From contig NC_091471.1 in the NCBI RefSeq assembly GCF_036971445.1, positions 45,074,001 to 45,138,000 on the forward strand: a DNA stretch of 64,000 nucleotides, given 5' to 3'. The translations under genes were made by a program, and so were the position numbers. The stretch is from Narcine bancroftii (lineage: Eukaryota). The notes under the pieces were generated by a model that searched no databases, had not been told where the DNA came from, and worked only from the letters and a program-made list of their open reading frames with translations. Shown in pieces: positions 12,386 through 24,813 of the stretch (position 1 is its first letter; each line of letters starts with the position of its first letter).

Positions 12386-13556
12386 CCCTTCACAGTTGAT
12401 GGCATCGGGAAAGAGCGAATAGCATCCACCTTAGTGGGTATTGGTCTGACTCCAAGTTGGTCAAAACGATGGCCCAGGAAGTCAATAGTTTCTTGGCCAA
12501 ACTGGAACTTGGCCAGGTTGATGGTTAGGCAGAAATTGCTCAGCCTGGAGAATAATTGTTTTAAATGGGCGACGTGCTCAGTGCGGGTGTGGCTGGTGAT
12601 TAAAATCTAGTTGAGGTAGACGAAGGCAAAATACAGATCCCTGCCCACTGCATCCATCAGCCTCTGGAAAACCTGGGCTGCATTTTTTAACCCGAAGGGC
12701 ATAAGGAGAAATTCAAACAATCCAAAGGGGGTTATGATAGCAGTTTTTGGGATGTCTTTGGGGTGTACAAGGATCTGGTGATAGCCCCTGATGAGGGCTA
12801 CCTTTGAGAATATCTGTGTCCCTTGCAGGTTCGCGGTGAAGTCTTGGATATGGGACATGGGATATCTGTCCAGTATGGTGGCCATGTTGAGGTGGCGGTA
12901 GTCTCTGCATGGCCTCCAACCACTCGCTGCCACATACCTTCCCTGTCCTGGAGGAAATCGAAAATGCGGACTCCAATGTCCAGATTGAAGGCACTGGCCA
13001 CGTGGTAGCAGTGCATGTCACTGGTGGAGATCCGGCAAATGACGAACTGTGCTCTGGTGCTGGAACCATACCCATGGTTGTGACGTCCAGAAGCCGTTCA
13101 GCTTCAACGCTATGGCATTGATCGCAGGTTGCTGTTCCATCTTCAGGCCCAAAGTGCCATTTGGACAAATCGGGGTCACCACTGTAGCGAGGTCACTATG
13201 GCTACAGCTAGGTTATAGCTCTTGGTTATAACCCTAAGGCTGTAGCTTGAATCTGCAGGAGAAGAAAGACACACACACTCACCAGTAACTCTACTGAGTT
13301 TATAGTCAGTTCAGCCGCGTCACCACTGGAGCGTGGGTTGAGTGGACCGGCTGCCGATTGGTTACCTTGGATGCCCGGGCCCAAATTGGGCCCCCTGAGA
13401 TCCACCGATAGTGATTGGCCAGTTTCACTGCTCCGCCGATGGCCTACGGAAATAGGTGTTTCAGCCCACCTTTGCCGGTTGCCGCGTTCAACAGCCATTT
13501 CCAGTGTTGGCCTGAGGCATGGCCCACGAGCTGCTACACAGGTACATTATGATGTT

Positions 13557-13838
13557 AACATAACATATAATAATTACAGCACAGAAACAGGCCATTAGGC
13601 CCTTCTAGTCCGCACCAAACCAAACACCCTTTCTAGTCCCACCTCCCTGCACAATGCCCATAACCCTCCATCTTCTTCTCATCCATATACCTGTCCAACC
13701 TTTTCTTAAATAATACAATTGACTCCGCCGCCACTATTTCTCCCGGAAGATCATTCCACACGGCTACCACTCTCTGAGTAAAGAAGTTCCCCCTCATGTT
13801 ACCTCTAAACCTCTGCCCCTTAATTCTTAACTCATGTT
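13557..13838 (-). mobile_element. CR1 3' fragment
   Basis: Tail aacataacatataataattacagcacagaaacaggcc; the minus strand reads like RGNFFTQRVV; possible short TSD ATGTT. Confidence 0.8.
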
Positions 13839-14819
13839 CTTGACTATACTTTCCTCTTCAGGTTTTCTCTTGTATTCAGTAAGTTTTCTCCTGGCAAAGA
13901 AGTAATTTCACAAAGATAGAATTTAAGAAAAATATAGAACATCGGGAGAATTTAAAAAAAGATCTAAATATATGGCAATCACCATATTGTTTGTTCAACA
14001 GATCAGGAGGGAACTTTGTGGTTCATTGAAATTCTCAACCATCTGATGCAATAATTTAATATTTGGTTTATTATCAGGGCCCAAGGTACGAAGAAGTGAG
14101 CTATGCCAGATTTAAGTCTGGAAATGCATCCTCTTGTGTATCATAAAGGTGACTGGACAGCATTTTTATTTTGTTAACTGGACTGAATAAGGTTTGATGC
14201 CATATATTTTGTTGATTTACATATCCTCTGGAAATTTTCTGGGACTTTTGAAGGAATGTATTGCAGGTGTCAGGAAGTTTGAGGTCAGATTTGAGGTCTG
14301 GCTGAAGACCGCTGCAGCAGACACGGGAACAGTGAATCAGTCGGAAAGTGTCTGTCTTTAATGCCAGATAACGCTTGCCACTTTGTTCCCAAAATTAACC
14401 ATATAACCAAATAACCATTTACGGAGCTTTTCGAGTCCGCACCGGTTCACTGATTTTGTGCGCCCTCTTCAGGCAATGGTCCCGGTAGATCACGTCGATG
14501 GGGGAGGGGGCGAAGGGAGACTCCATTGATCCTCTCTGCCACTCTTTTTGCAAACAAAGTCTGAAACTAATACCTTAAAAAGTACAAAAAAGTCAAAAAT
14601 GTTGTACTGTGCAGGGAGTTTACCCATCATTGGAAAATACAATGGTTCATGAATCTCTTCATCTAGAAGAGGTAAAAAAGCTTCAGTTTATCATTAAGTC
14701 TCAGCTGAGGTGAACAAGCACCATTCAGGATTAGGGGATGACAGAGTAATGGCAATGAGTGCTGGTGTTACATAGCACTGAGCCTAAATGTACAGTCAAG
14801 TGCATCATTAATGTACCTG

Positions 14820-14888
14820 TGTAGCAGCTCGTGAGCCGCGCCTCAGGCCACCACAGGAAATGGCTGTCGAATGCGGCAACCGGCAAAG
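14820..14888 (+). repeat. Inverted copy of the 5' tip of the Gypsy LTR at 13470-13538
   Basis: Reverse-complement match with about 7 mismatches over ~70 bp, counted by eye. Confidence 0.85.
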
Positions 14889-14964
14889 CATCATGCCTAT
14901 AACCTTAATACCCTTTCACCCACTTTACCAGACTGGTTTCTTCATACCTTTCAATCAACTTTTC

Positions 14965-15490
14965 AGTGTGACATGGGAAACACCTGAGTGTAAAGCCCTG
15001 CAAAAGGTAGTGAACACAGCTCAGGACATCACAGACAAAACCCTCCCTACCATTGAGAACATCTATAAGGAACGCTGCCATCAGAGAGCAGCAGCATTCA
15101 TCAAGGATCCACATCACCCAGTACATGCTCTGTTCTCACTGCTGCCATTAGGAAGGAGGTTTAGCTGGCACAAGACTTGCCCCTCAGGTTCAGGAACAGC
15201 TGCCACCCCTCCACCATTAGAATCCTCAACAATAAACTCAATCACAGACTTATTTAAGGACTCTTATTAATGCTCTTTTCTGATTTTTAAAAAAAATTCT
15301 CACTTTATTGCACAGTTTTTGTATATTCATTATCTGTTTACATTCTTTATTTGTTTACATGTACATGCTGTGTACAGTTTTTTTTTGCACTACCAATAAG
15401 TGGTAATTCTGCCGTGCCCGCAGAAAAGGAATCTCAGGGTTGTATGTGATGTCATGTATGTACTCTGACAATATATCTGAATTCTGAATG
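14965..15490 (+). mobile_element. Rex1/Babar LINE 3' fragment
   Basis: ALQKVVNTAQDIT...IKDPHHPVHALFSLLP; the 3'UTR resembles 9440-9650. Confidence 0.85.
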
Positions 15491-15759
15491 ATTGATCTCA
15501 TACCAATTTTCATATAAGATAATTTTCCTGCTGTAAATTTCTGTCAGAACACTGGAAGATCAGTACTAATATTGAGAAGTTTATTGCCCATGAGAAACAG
15601 TCTGCAGAGTTGATGGGGTAGGATTCTATTCTTCTCTTACTGTGGAGATGGTGAGGTTAAAACACAAAATTAGTTCAAGGTTAGAGGCTCTAAATTTGGA
15701 CAATTACTGTACCATCTCTGTGTAGAAAACACAGTGGGGAAAATAGTAGAAATCTAGTC

Positions 15760-18605
15760 CATAACTCCATTGACCTAAGTTCACTCCTGATCTCTGATCT
15801 GGCTGATCTGTGACCAGTCATATACAACAGGAATTGGTGTTGGAAATGACTTTTGTTTGTGACATATATAAATGACTTTAATGATTAAGTAAGTGGGTGA
15901 AATGGTAAGTTTGCAGATGGCACTAAGGTAAGTGGAATTGTGGACAACCCAGAAGGCTATCAAAGAATGCAAAAAGATATAGATCGGCTTCAGATACAGG
16001 CAGAGAAATTGCAGATGGAGCTTAATCCAGATCAATGTGAAGTGTTGGACTTTGGGAGGTCAAAAGTAAGGGAAAAGTATACAATTAATGGCAGGTCTCG
16101 TAAAAGTACTGGTGTGCAGGAAGATTGGGGGTTCAGATCCATAGCTCCTTAAAAGTGGCCATGCAAGTAGGTAGGGTGGAAAAGAAGGCATAAGGTATGC
16201 TTGCCTTCATTGGGTGGGGCATTGAGCACAAAGGTAAGGAAATAATGTTGCAGATACTTAAAACTTTGGTAAGGCAGAACCTGGAATATTGTGTGCAGTT
16301 CTGTTCATCCCATTACAAGAAAGATATGGAGGCCTTAGAAAAGGCACAGAAGAAATTTACAGAATGAACAATTTGATTAGGATGTAAAAGCTATGGGGAG
16401 AGGTTGGATAATTTTGGATTGATTTCTCTGGCATGTGGCAGACTGAGGGGAGAACTGATAGAAGTTTTTAAGAGAGGTATTCAAATTTTAAATTTATTAT
16501 TGGAGTACATGCATGACATCACATACAACCCTGAGATTCTAATGCAGGCCAGGCAGATTTCTATTTATTTGTATCTGTAAACTCAACTCAAGAAAAATAT
16601 ACGTACAAAACAGAGACATGTCAACACATTGTGCAACATTTAAAAAAATCAGTCATAAATATTGTGCAAATTAAGCCTTTGAATGGGCCTCTGATTGAGT
16701 CGGCTGTTTTGGAGTATGATGGTGACTGTTCCTGCACCTGGTGGTACCTCTCTCCTGATGGCAGCAGTGAGAAAAGAGAACCTCTTGGGTGGTGCAGATC
16801 CTTGCTTATCGTTGCTGTTCTCTGACTGTAGCATCCCATGTAGTCAAGATCTTTTCCCTGGGGTAAAAATATCACATAGTAGAGGATGAGTATTTAGGGT
16901 GATGAGGGGTGAGTTAAAAGGAATGTGTGGGACACGCTTTTTACACAGAGGGTGGTAGGTGCTAGGACTAGTGGTGAAAGCATATACAGGACAACTCTGA
17001 TTATCCAAAATGTTCGGGACCTGGCTTATGCCAGATAAACGTTTTTTTTTCGGAGACGTTGTCATTTTTTTTAAAACATCCCAGTATCAAGAGCAAATAA
17101 CTTGCATCATTGTTTAAACAACAGCAAACAACAAGGGAAGGCTTTTTAAGCATTAAAATATAGTTTAATTCTCACCAAAAAAATGCTGGTTGCAGCCAAT
17201 TACTGAGACCCAACTGCAGCTGACCCCCGAAACATATGCACTGCTACCGTTGATCCTTGGGGAGGCTTCCAGGGTCAATGGAACACTCACTGGCATGTTG
17301 GCAGGCTGTTGATGCTGGAATCCCGACTCCAGATCCTCCCCTGCTAGGCCTACTGCACACACCCGGAAGCCCCGGTGTGAGGTTTCGGAGACAGCATCGG
17401 GAAACTCTGCTGTGCAGAGGAGGAAAGGAGGAAAGGGGAGGGGAGGCAACGTCACTGAGTCCGAGGTCCTTCTTGTGCCCGGGATGCTGCTCTCTGTGAT
17501 GGCCAAAGATTCTTCTAACCGCTTGCGGCTGAGAAACAGCAGCACACAGTTTGAGAGGGAGAGTCAGAGAGAGAAGTCAAGAGGGGAAGGTAAAGATGAA
17601 ATGGAAAGAGAGAGAGGAGGGAATTACTTGTGAGGTAGTAAAATGAAATAATAATGTATAAGACCCTCAGAAATCCTTAGAATATTAGCTTATTAAGAAG
17701 GTTGTTGAGATTCAGTGCATGAAGGAAAGGTGAAAGGTTAGTAGCAATGTTGGGCTTAGGGCCTCTCACAGACTGGTACAGACTGGAACTAGTGCCTAGG
17801 AAAGGAGTCAAGGCTGGGAGTGTAGTAAGAATGTGAGAAGAGATAAGAAAGATGTATTTTTGCTGAGTTTGAAGAAATACAATCTGTCTTTGTGCTAACA
17901 TGTTTTTTAACCTTGTACTGAGGCCACAGATTTAGAGTAAAAGCTAATACCTACGTGTCTGCTTTACTTTTAGATCACATGAATTTGTGATTGATGTAAC
18001 TTTTTTAAAACTTGCTTGAATGGTTAAATACTTGTTCCATCCCTTTGTTGGACAGAGGATTCCACCCCCGCCCCCCCAACCCACCCTCCCCTCCATCTCC
18101 CCAGGACTGCTTTCAGGAGTGTGAAAGCAGGAAGGGCTCTCTTAGTTCATCTTGTTGCTCAATAAAGGGTTAATTGATTAGAGTTCTGTGTGTTTTGCCT
18201 TCTTTGTATCGGGAAGCGAGGGAAACAAGAACCACACCTGAAATGAGGACAGTGTCATTCTAATTTCATGTCAGGTGAATATTTTTTTCAACCTGTGAGA
18301 TCAGTTCAGTTCTGAAAAAAATTCGGATAAATTAGGTTTTCTGATTTGTTTCAGGTATCATCATTTAACTGAAGTTTTTAAAAAAAAATTTGGATAAATG
18401 AGGATTTCAGAGAATCCGATTTTGGATTATCAGAGTTGTACTGGCACAAAAGTAACATTAAAGAGAGTTCTAGATAAACACATGAATATGCAGGAAATAA
18501 AGGGATATGCATTATATGTGAGCAACAGAGCCTTGGTTTAATTTGGGCATCATGTTCGGTGCAGACACATAGACCAAAGGGCCTGTTCCTGTGCTGTGCT
18601 ATGTT
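15760..18605 (+). mobile_element. CR1 fragment split by a Rex1 3' end (~16480-16845, minus) and a TIR element (16987-18443)
   Basis: KFADGTK, CEVLDFG and EYCVQF-like motifs; the CR1 3' end resumes at 18444. Confidence 0.7.
16987..18443. mobile_element. Non-autonomous Tc1/mariner (pogo/Tigger-like) DNA transposon
   Basis: TIRs CAGGACAACTCTGATTATCCAAAAT ... ATTTTGGATTATCAGAGTTGTACTG. TA on the left side; the right TA is not preserved. No transposase seen. Confidence 0.7.
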
Positions 18606-20034
18606 CTAGGCTGATTCTGTCAGCATATCCTCTCTTTACCAATATATTTGCATATTTCCTTGAAATTATACACTAAATGCTTCATGCAAGCTGTTTTGTG
18701 ACTTTTAAACAAATATAATGAAGTATATGAAACCTTGAGTGCCATAAACTTATAATAGATTTCTACCAAATTATTAAAAAAAATGTTTCAAATAGGTATT
18801 GTCTTCCAGCTATTTTCACGCTGGGATTTTAATCTGAATGATGTGGATTAGACACAAAGATAACAAAGTCGCTAGAAGGTAGTTAATCATACAACAGTGT
18901 GAGCTTTTGAAAAGTTTTTTTTTCTCTTCTGTGACTAATTTCACCTGCTTCTTCCTGATCTAAAACATCAGGCCAATTTAAAACATCAAAGAATGCAAAT
19001 AGAGAATGTGTCTGCAATCCATTTCCTTTGGCTTTACGGCTTGTATAAAGTTACCAGGTGAGCATTTTCCTTGTGTCCTGACATTACAGCTTTAAGATGA
19101 AATCATTCAGCAATGTGCCCAGAATTTATGTTCTCATTCTCTTTAAACAAGTCCTCCGTCATTCAAATAAACATCTGCTTTTAAATTGCTGACTGGCAGG
19201 TTGTCTGCACTGGTCAGTGTAAAACAGATCAGTTGGTTCGAATGCCTGTTCTTCCTGACCCCACTCAATTTTCCTGACAGTTATAGCTTTGTGTTGGTCT
19301 GTTTCCAAATAGTTTCTACAGTCATTCACCGTAAAACCCCCGAGGCCCATTCCTAAAACTACACTACTACTGTTAGACTTTACTGATCCACCTCTGCAAA
19401 AAAAACTTGATAACTTTATTGACCTTCCCAAATGCCATTGGCTGATTGACACCAAATGACCTCAGACCAAATGAAAGCAAATGGGAATATTCACAGCATG
19501 AGGTCTTTGGAAACTTGTAACAAAAATAATATAAGAAAAGTTATACATGTCCTATACTCAGCTTCAAGCATTTCCAGGACCTCAGATCTCTTCCTTCTAC
19601 ATCCTGCAGAAATTTGATGCAAAAATATTGCTGTCTCTTCCCAGCATTAATCATCTCAGTTCCAACGGTCTATTGCAGTAGTTTCTCAGGACTGTACCCT
19701 GTACCTGAAAATGCGTGCGGCACTTGCTCCATCAGAAGGTGAGAATTAGAATATCCCCTGATGGTTCCACAGTTCAGATCCAATCACAGTTCCTCAAATA
19801 ATGATGCAGAATATGTTTTCCTACTGAAATCCAGATATAATATTTTGCTTTGCGATAATAAGCAAGTGACATTCATGTCACACAAGGACCATCACCAATA
19901 AGAGTCTATCCACTTCCAATTTCCATTCAACAGCTCTCCCATCACAAACACCCTTGAATCATTTTTGATAAATAGAAGCTCAGCAGAACCAATCAAATAA
20001 TATCTTTAATATTGCCTGCTGGCCTGTTCATTTT

Positions 20035-20612
20035 TTCTGTCCTGAAGCAGGCCTTCAACCTGAAATGTCCACTGCCTCTTTCCCTCCATGGATGCTGCCT
20101 GACCTGCTGAGTTCCTCCAGCAATTTGTTTTTTTGATTCCAGATCCTGCAGTCTCTTTTGTCTCCATCTCACACTCGCCTCAGAAGTCTCTTTCAGGTAA
20201 ACAATGAGAAGCTGGAAGAACTCAACAGGTCAGGCAGCAAACATGAGCAGAAATGGTTAGTCAACATTTCAGGTTGAGACCTTCTATTGAAACTCAATGA
20301 GGGGTCACAATCCACAATGCAGGGTTTTCTTGCAATGCCTTAATCACTGCTTGATGCCCCATTATCTTTCCATCATCCACCAGATGTGTCCAGAGAGTTC
20401 TGTTGGCCTGTGCTCCTCCCCTTGCCCTTTCTTCCCTCCTCTCCTCTCCTACCTTTTTATTCAAGGGCCTGCCTGCTTTTGGCTCATCCCTTGATGAAGG
20501 ACTCGGGCCTGAAATATTGGTGAACCTCTGCTTCATTTAGATGCTGCATGACCTGCTGAGTTTCTCCAGCACTTTTGTGTATTGCACTATAATCACAATG
20601 TCTGCAGACTTT
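20035..20612. repeat. Cluster of Penelope-derived short repeats (20035-20165 +, 20200-20292 -, 20390-20612 +) with hammerhead-like cores
   Basis: Shared motif gatgctgcctgacctgctgagttcctccagc, preceded by a (C/T)TGANG(A/C)-AGG..CCT-GAAA motif. Confidence 0.7.
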
Positions 20613-21214
20613 TCTGATTAACTCCAGAATGTGAATATTCTCCCCTCTCCTAATAAGACTCAAGAAGCTTAACATAGTACACTGGTTAATTGGAAAACAG
20701 ATGCTATCTCAAACATTTACTGATTCTATCACTGTATTGTGAGTGCACCAGTCATAAAATGCACCATATCAGTTTTTGGATAGTATCTCCCATACCCAAG
20801 ATCCCTACAATCTGGATAAACAATGGCAAAGGATGCTCAAGGATAACTGCATTTATTTCTAAATTAATGGCACATTGAGCAAAGCAAGTATCAAATATTG
20901 CTTTTATTCAGCCGCAGCCGCTGCATAACGGGAAATATTTGCAAAAATCCCGCAACACAGGCTGTGTAAAGCATTTGGTACTGAATGTTTCCTGCAGCAG
21001 CCCTAGATAATTTTGTGGATTGTCTGCAGTCTAAACTAAACTGCAGGTGTTCTGCAAAATGGGCAAAATGAATAGAACAATGTCAATGCTGTGACGCTTC
21101 ACGTCGCAGTTGACATCGACTACGGCAAGTCGATATTTAGTGTAAACGACCTTCCTGTATGAACGGCCACTCCAGAAGGTAAGTATGAAAATTGTTGATG
21201 GGAAATTATTGTTT

Positions 21215-22108
21215 TCTTTTCTTTGGCTTGGCTTCGCGGACGAAGATTTATGGAGGGGGTAAAAAGTCCACGTCAGCTGCAGGCTCGTTTGTGGCTGACA
21301 AGTCCGATGCGGGACAGGCAGACATGATTGCAGCGGTTGCAGGGGAAAATTGGTTGGTTGGGGTTGGGTGTTGGGTTTTTCCTCCTTTGCCTTTTGTCAG
21401 TGAGGTGGGCTCTGCGGTCTTCTTCAAAGGAGGTTGCTGCCTGCCAAACTGTGAGGCACCAAGATGCACGGTTTGAGGCGTTATCAGCCCACTGGCGGTG
21501 GTCAATGTGGCAGGCATCAAGAGATTTCTTTAGGCAGTCCTTGTACCATTTCTTTGGTGCACCTCTGTCACGGTGGCCAGTGGAGAGCTCACCATATAAC
21601 ACGATCTTGGGAAGGCGATGGTCCTCCATTCTGGAGACGTGACCCATCCAGCGCAGCTGGATCTTCAGCAGCGTGGACTCGATGCTGTCGACCTCTGCCA
21701 TCTCGAGTACTTCGACGTTAGGGATGTAAGCGCTCCAATGGATGTTGAGGATGGAGCGGAGACAACGCTGGTGGAAGCGTTCTAGGAGCCGTAGGTGGTG
21801 CCGGTAGAGGACCCATGATTCGGAGCCGAACAGGAGTGTGGGTATGACAACGGCTCTGTATACGGTTATCTTTGTGGGGTTTTTCAGTTGGTTGTTTTTC
21901 CAGACTCTTTTGTGTAGTCTTCCAAAGGCGCCATTTGCCTTGGCGAGTCTGTTGTCTATCTCATTGTCGATCCTTGCATCTGAGCCCTGTGATCAGCCTT
22001 TTCTTTCTTCTTTCTTTCTTTGGCTTGGCTTTACGGACGAAGATTTATGGAGGGGTATGTCCACGTCTGCTGCAGGCTCTTTGGTGACTGACAAGTCCGA
22101 TGTGGGAC
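21215..22108 (-). mobile_element. Two RTE LINE 3' fragments (21215-21982 and ~22000-22108)
   Basis: Near-identical to 10944-11715; ORF 21273-21701. Confidence 0.92.
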
Positions 22109-22704
22109 CTTACAAGCTACTAAAACACACATAGACCATTAACTTTAGTATCCTGTCACTGAGACTATTTTTGTTTAATTTGACTTGCCACTTTCCTTGT
22201 AGTTGATTATTATTGCAAGACACTATTATAACTGAGAACTTCAAATAATTTAAAAACAAGGCAACAGAATAGGAAATAGAAACAGGATTAGGTCCAATGG
22301 CCCTTTAACATATTCTATTCAATAAGGCCATGAATTATCAAGTCCATTCTGCCCAATCCTCATTTCCTATATCTCCTATTTTCCTTCAAAAATTCAACCA
22401 ATCTCATCAGCAAACATGTTGTTGGTGCTTAAATCCAAGCTGCAACCTATGGGCTATAGGGCATCTCGAAAAATGGAATAAGGTCAGCAGGAAGCAGAAA
22501 GAAGCAGTAGGAAATGAAGATATTGCATGAACTTGTGCATTTATCATTATTTACTGATAGCTATTTATTGCACATTGTTAATATTTCAAGACTTAACTGG
22601 GCAATCAAGAGCTGTTTGTGGCCCCCACCAGCAGCAATTCATTACTGGAAGCATTGGTATGGCTTTAACTAGCCACAGAGATTATATTCCATGAGGAATC
22701 AAAA

Positions 22705-23680
22705 AAAAAGTGCTGGAGAAACATCACACTGCATTTATGGGAAGCAAAGGGATATATATAGAACATTTTGGCCCTAAGCTAAAAGCAGGTAGGTGCCTAA
22801 ATAAAAAGGTGAGGGTAAAAGGGGCAGTGGAGATACTCAGGCCAATAGGCAAGAGGTCATAGGTGGATATAGGTGTGAGAGCAGGAGAATAAAAGCTGAC
22901 CAATGATAAGGGAGGGGGGGGGGCGTATAGCACTCTGAATGGAAAGGGAAGAGGGTGAGGACCTAGAAGAAAGGAGACTGAGGGATAGGGAAAGAGATAA
23001 AGAGAGACAGGAGAACAGAAATTGGAGAAGTCGATGTTAATGCCAACTGGGTGGAGAGTGCCAGATGGAATATTAGGCATTCATCCAATTTGCAGATAGC
23101 CTCGGTTAGGCCATGCACGAGGCCAAGGGCAGACATATTGGTGTGGGAAAGGGGTGTGGAATTAAAATAGTTGACCAGTGGGAGGCCCCCATTAATGCAG
23201 CAGACAGAGTGAATGTGCTCAACAAAACAAATCCCAATCTATGTCCAATCTTTCCAATGTAGTTTAGGCCAGAAGGAGAGTACCAGATGTTTGGGGCTCT
23301 GAATGGTGGTGATGGAGGAAGTGTGGGAGGAGAGGAGGAAGTTTTTCCTGTGATCACATCAGAAGGGATTGAGATGGCAATTAGTGGGAAGGACTGAGTG
23401 GACGAGGGAGTCCCAAAATGAACGGTACCAGTGGAAAGCGGAGTGAGGAGGAGAGGGGAAGAATTCAATGGTGGGATCACATTGTAGGAGGTGGAAATTC
23501 TGGAGTATAGCATGTTGAATGAGGAGACTGGTGGAGTTGTAGGTGAGAGCAAGGGGATCCCTGCCCTTGTTGCAACTCAGGGTGGAAGGGGCAGAGAAGA
23601 TGTGCGGGAAATAGAAGAGTTGCAGATAAGGGCTGAGTTGGCGGCAGTAGAGGGGAAGCATGTATTTTGAAGCGAATGAC
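22705..23680 (-). mobile_element. Penelope-like element fragment (end of RT linker, GIY-YIG endonuclease and 3' repeat)
   Basis: The minus strand carries PLALTYNSTS..IQ..ILQNF.LLQ.DP...FPSPP...RSFWDSLV and IWYSPSGLNYIGKIGHRL (GIY-YIG-type). Confidence 0.75.
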
Positions 23681-23843
23681 ATTCACAGAGTATTCAGAGA
23701 TATGACAAACTAACTGCACCTCTCTGGTGAACAATGTTTTTGTAGATTCCAGTTTACATTGAGATCTTATCATATGAATGAGAAGGCTGAAGATCTTCTT
23801 GTGCCATAACTATTTTCCCAGTAACACTGGTGATTCTCTTCAC

Positions 23844-24147
23844 CAGTGGTTCTCATCATGCCATCAGGGCTCTGTGATTAGTAAGGGATTGCTTAAGGTG
23901 GTATGTGGGTGGGAAGGGAAGGTTGAGAACCACTGCTCTAGACCAAATTATTACTGAAATATTTTGTTTGAGAAAAATTGTCATTGGCCCATTTCCTTTG
24001 GAGTTATGAAACCGTGCACATAACGAGTCAACGAGGTACGATTAAAACCGTGGCTTTCAAACTTTTTCTTACTAATCACAGAGTACTTATGGCATAGGGA
24101 AAACTTAAAATTGTATGTGAGTGGAAAGAAAAGGGTTGAGAACACTG
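23844..24147. mobile_element. hAT (Charlie-like) non-autonomous element
   Basis: CAGTGGTTCTCA at the left; GGTTGAGAAC(C)ACTG at ~23935 and at 24147. The TSD is only partial. Confidence 0.6.
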
Positions 24148-24249
24148 CTCTGCTTCTCAGCTGCAGATTATTGTCATTTGTCCCAGTCTGCCTCTCATTG
24201 CAATACGAGGGATGTATTCCAGGCACTGCTCTCATGAAGGGGTAATTTT

Positions 24250-24780
24250 CTTTTCTTTTTAAAGTATTTTCATTGATTTTAATAAATAACATACAAATTC
24301 AATAAAATGGCATGGACAGTTCCATCAACTACATAAGACATTCCGTAACTCACTAACATATAGAAATTATAAATCATAGCCATAATTCATATTTTAAATA
24401 GTATATGCCTTTTTTCAAAAAGAAAAATGTCTAATAATATTAAAAAAAGGAAAGAAGAAAATAGTAGAGGAGGAAAACTTAAACCCATTACCTCACTGCA
24501 TTGACAGATGCTATATATGAATAGTATTAAAAGAAAAATAAAGGTTAAAATAATAATAATATTATTTTCAGTAATGTGGAAAAGATACAAGTTAAACAAT
24601 TTAATTACATTGGAGTAAAATTATAAGATAAAATAGTGAGTCATAAATGACCCTCATAACTTCTGGAATGTTATATCTGAATTATTAATTGAATAGTGAA
24701 TCTTTACCATGTTCAAACAAGACATGATGTCACACAACCACCAACCATGAGCAGGCAGGGCAGCTTATTGAACAGGAGCA
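24250..24780 (-). mobile_element. L1/Tx1 LINE 3' fragment
   Basis: The minus strand reads WLCDIMSCLNMVKIHYSI-like L1 ORF2 C-terminus, followed by an AT-rich UTR. Confidence 0.55.
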
Positions 24781-24813
24781 CTTCTGGCTGTAAATACTTC
24801 TGAGAACTCAGTA

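Larger units (their letters stand above)
9880..13538 (-). mobile_element. Gypsy LTR retrotransposon (5' LTR, deleted gag/pro, RT, RNaseH, partial integrase), interrupted by an RTE LINE
   Basis: LTR 13183-13538 (TGTAGC...GCTACA). PBS TGGTGACCCCGA (tRNA-Trp) at ~13170-13181. RT WRPCRDYR..LN, TPFGLFEF.MPFGLKNAAQ; RNaseH and integrase remnants continue to ~9880. Confidence 0.88.

Noticed and set aside
14077-14360. Possible AG...GT exons in unique sequence
   Set aside because: The frames hit stops quickly or give no recognisable peptide, and the donors are weak.
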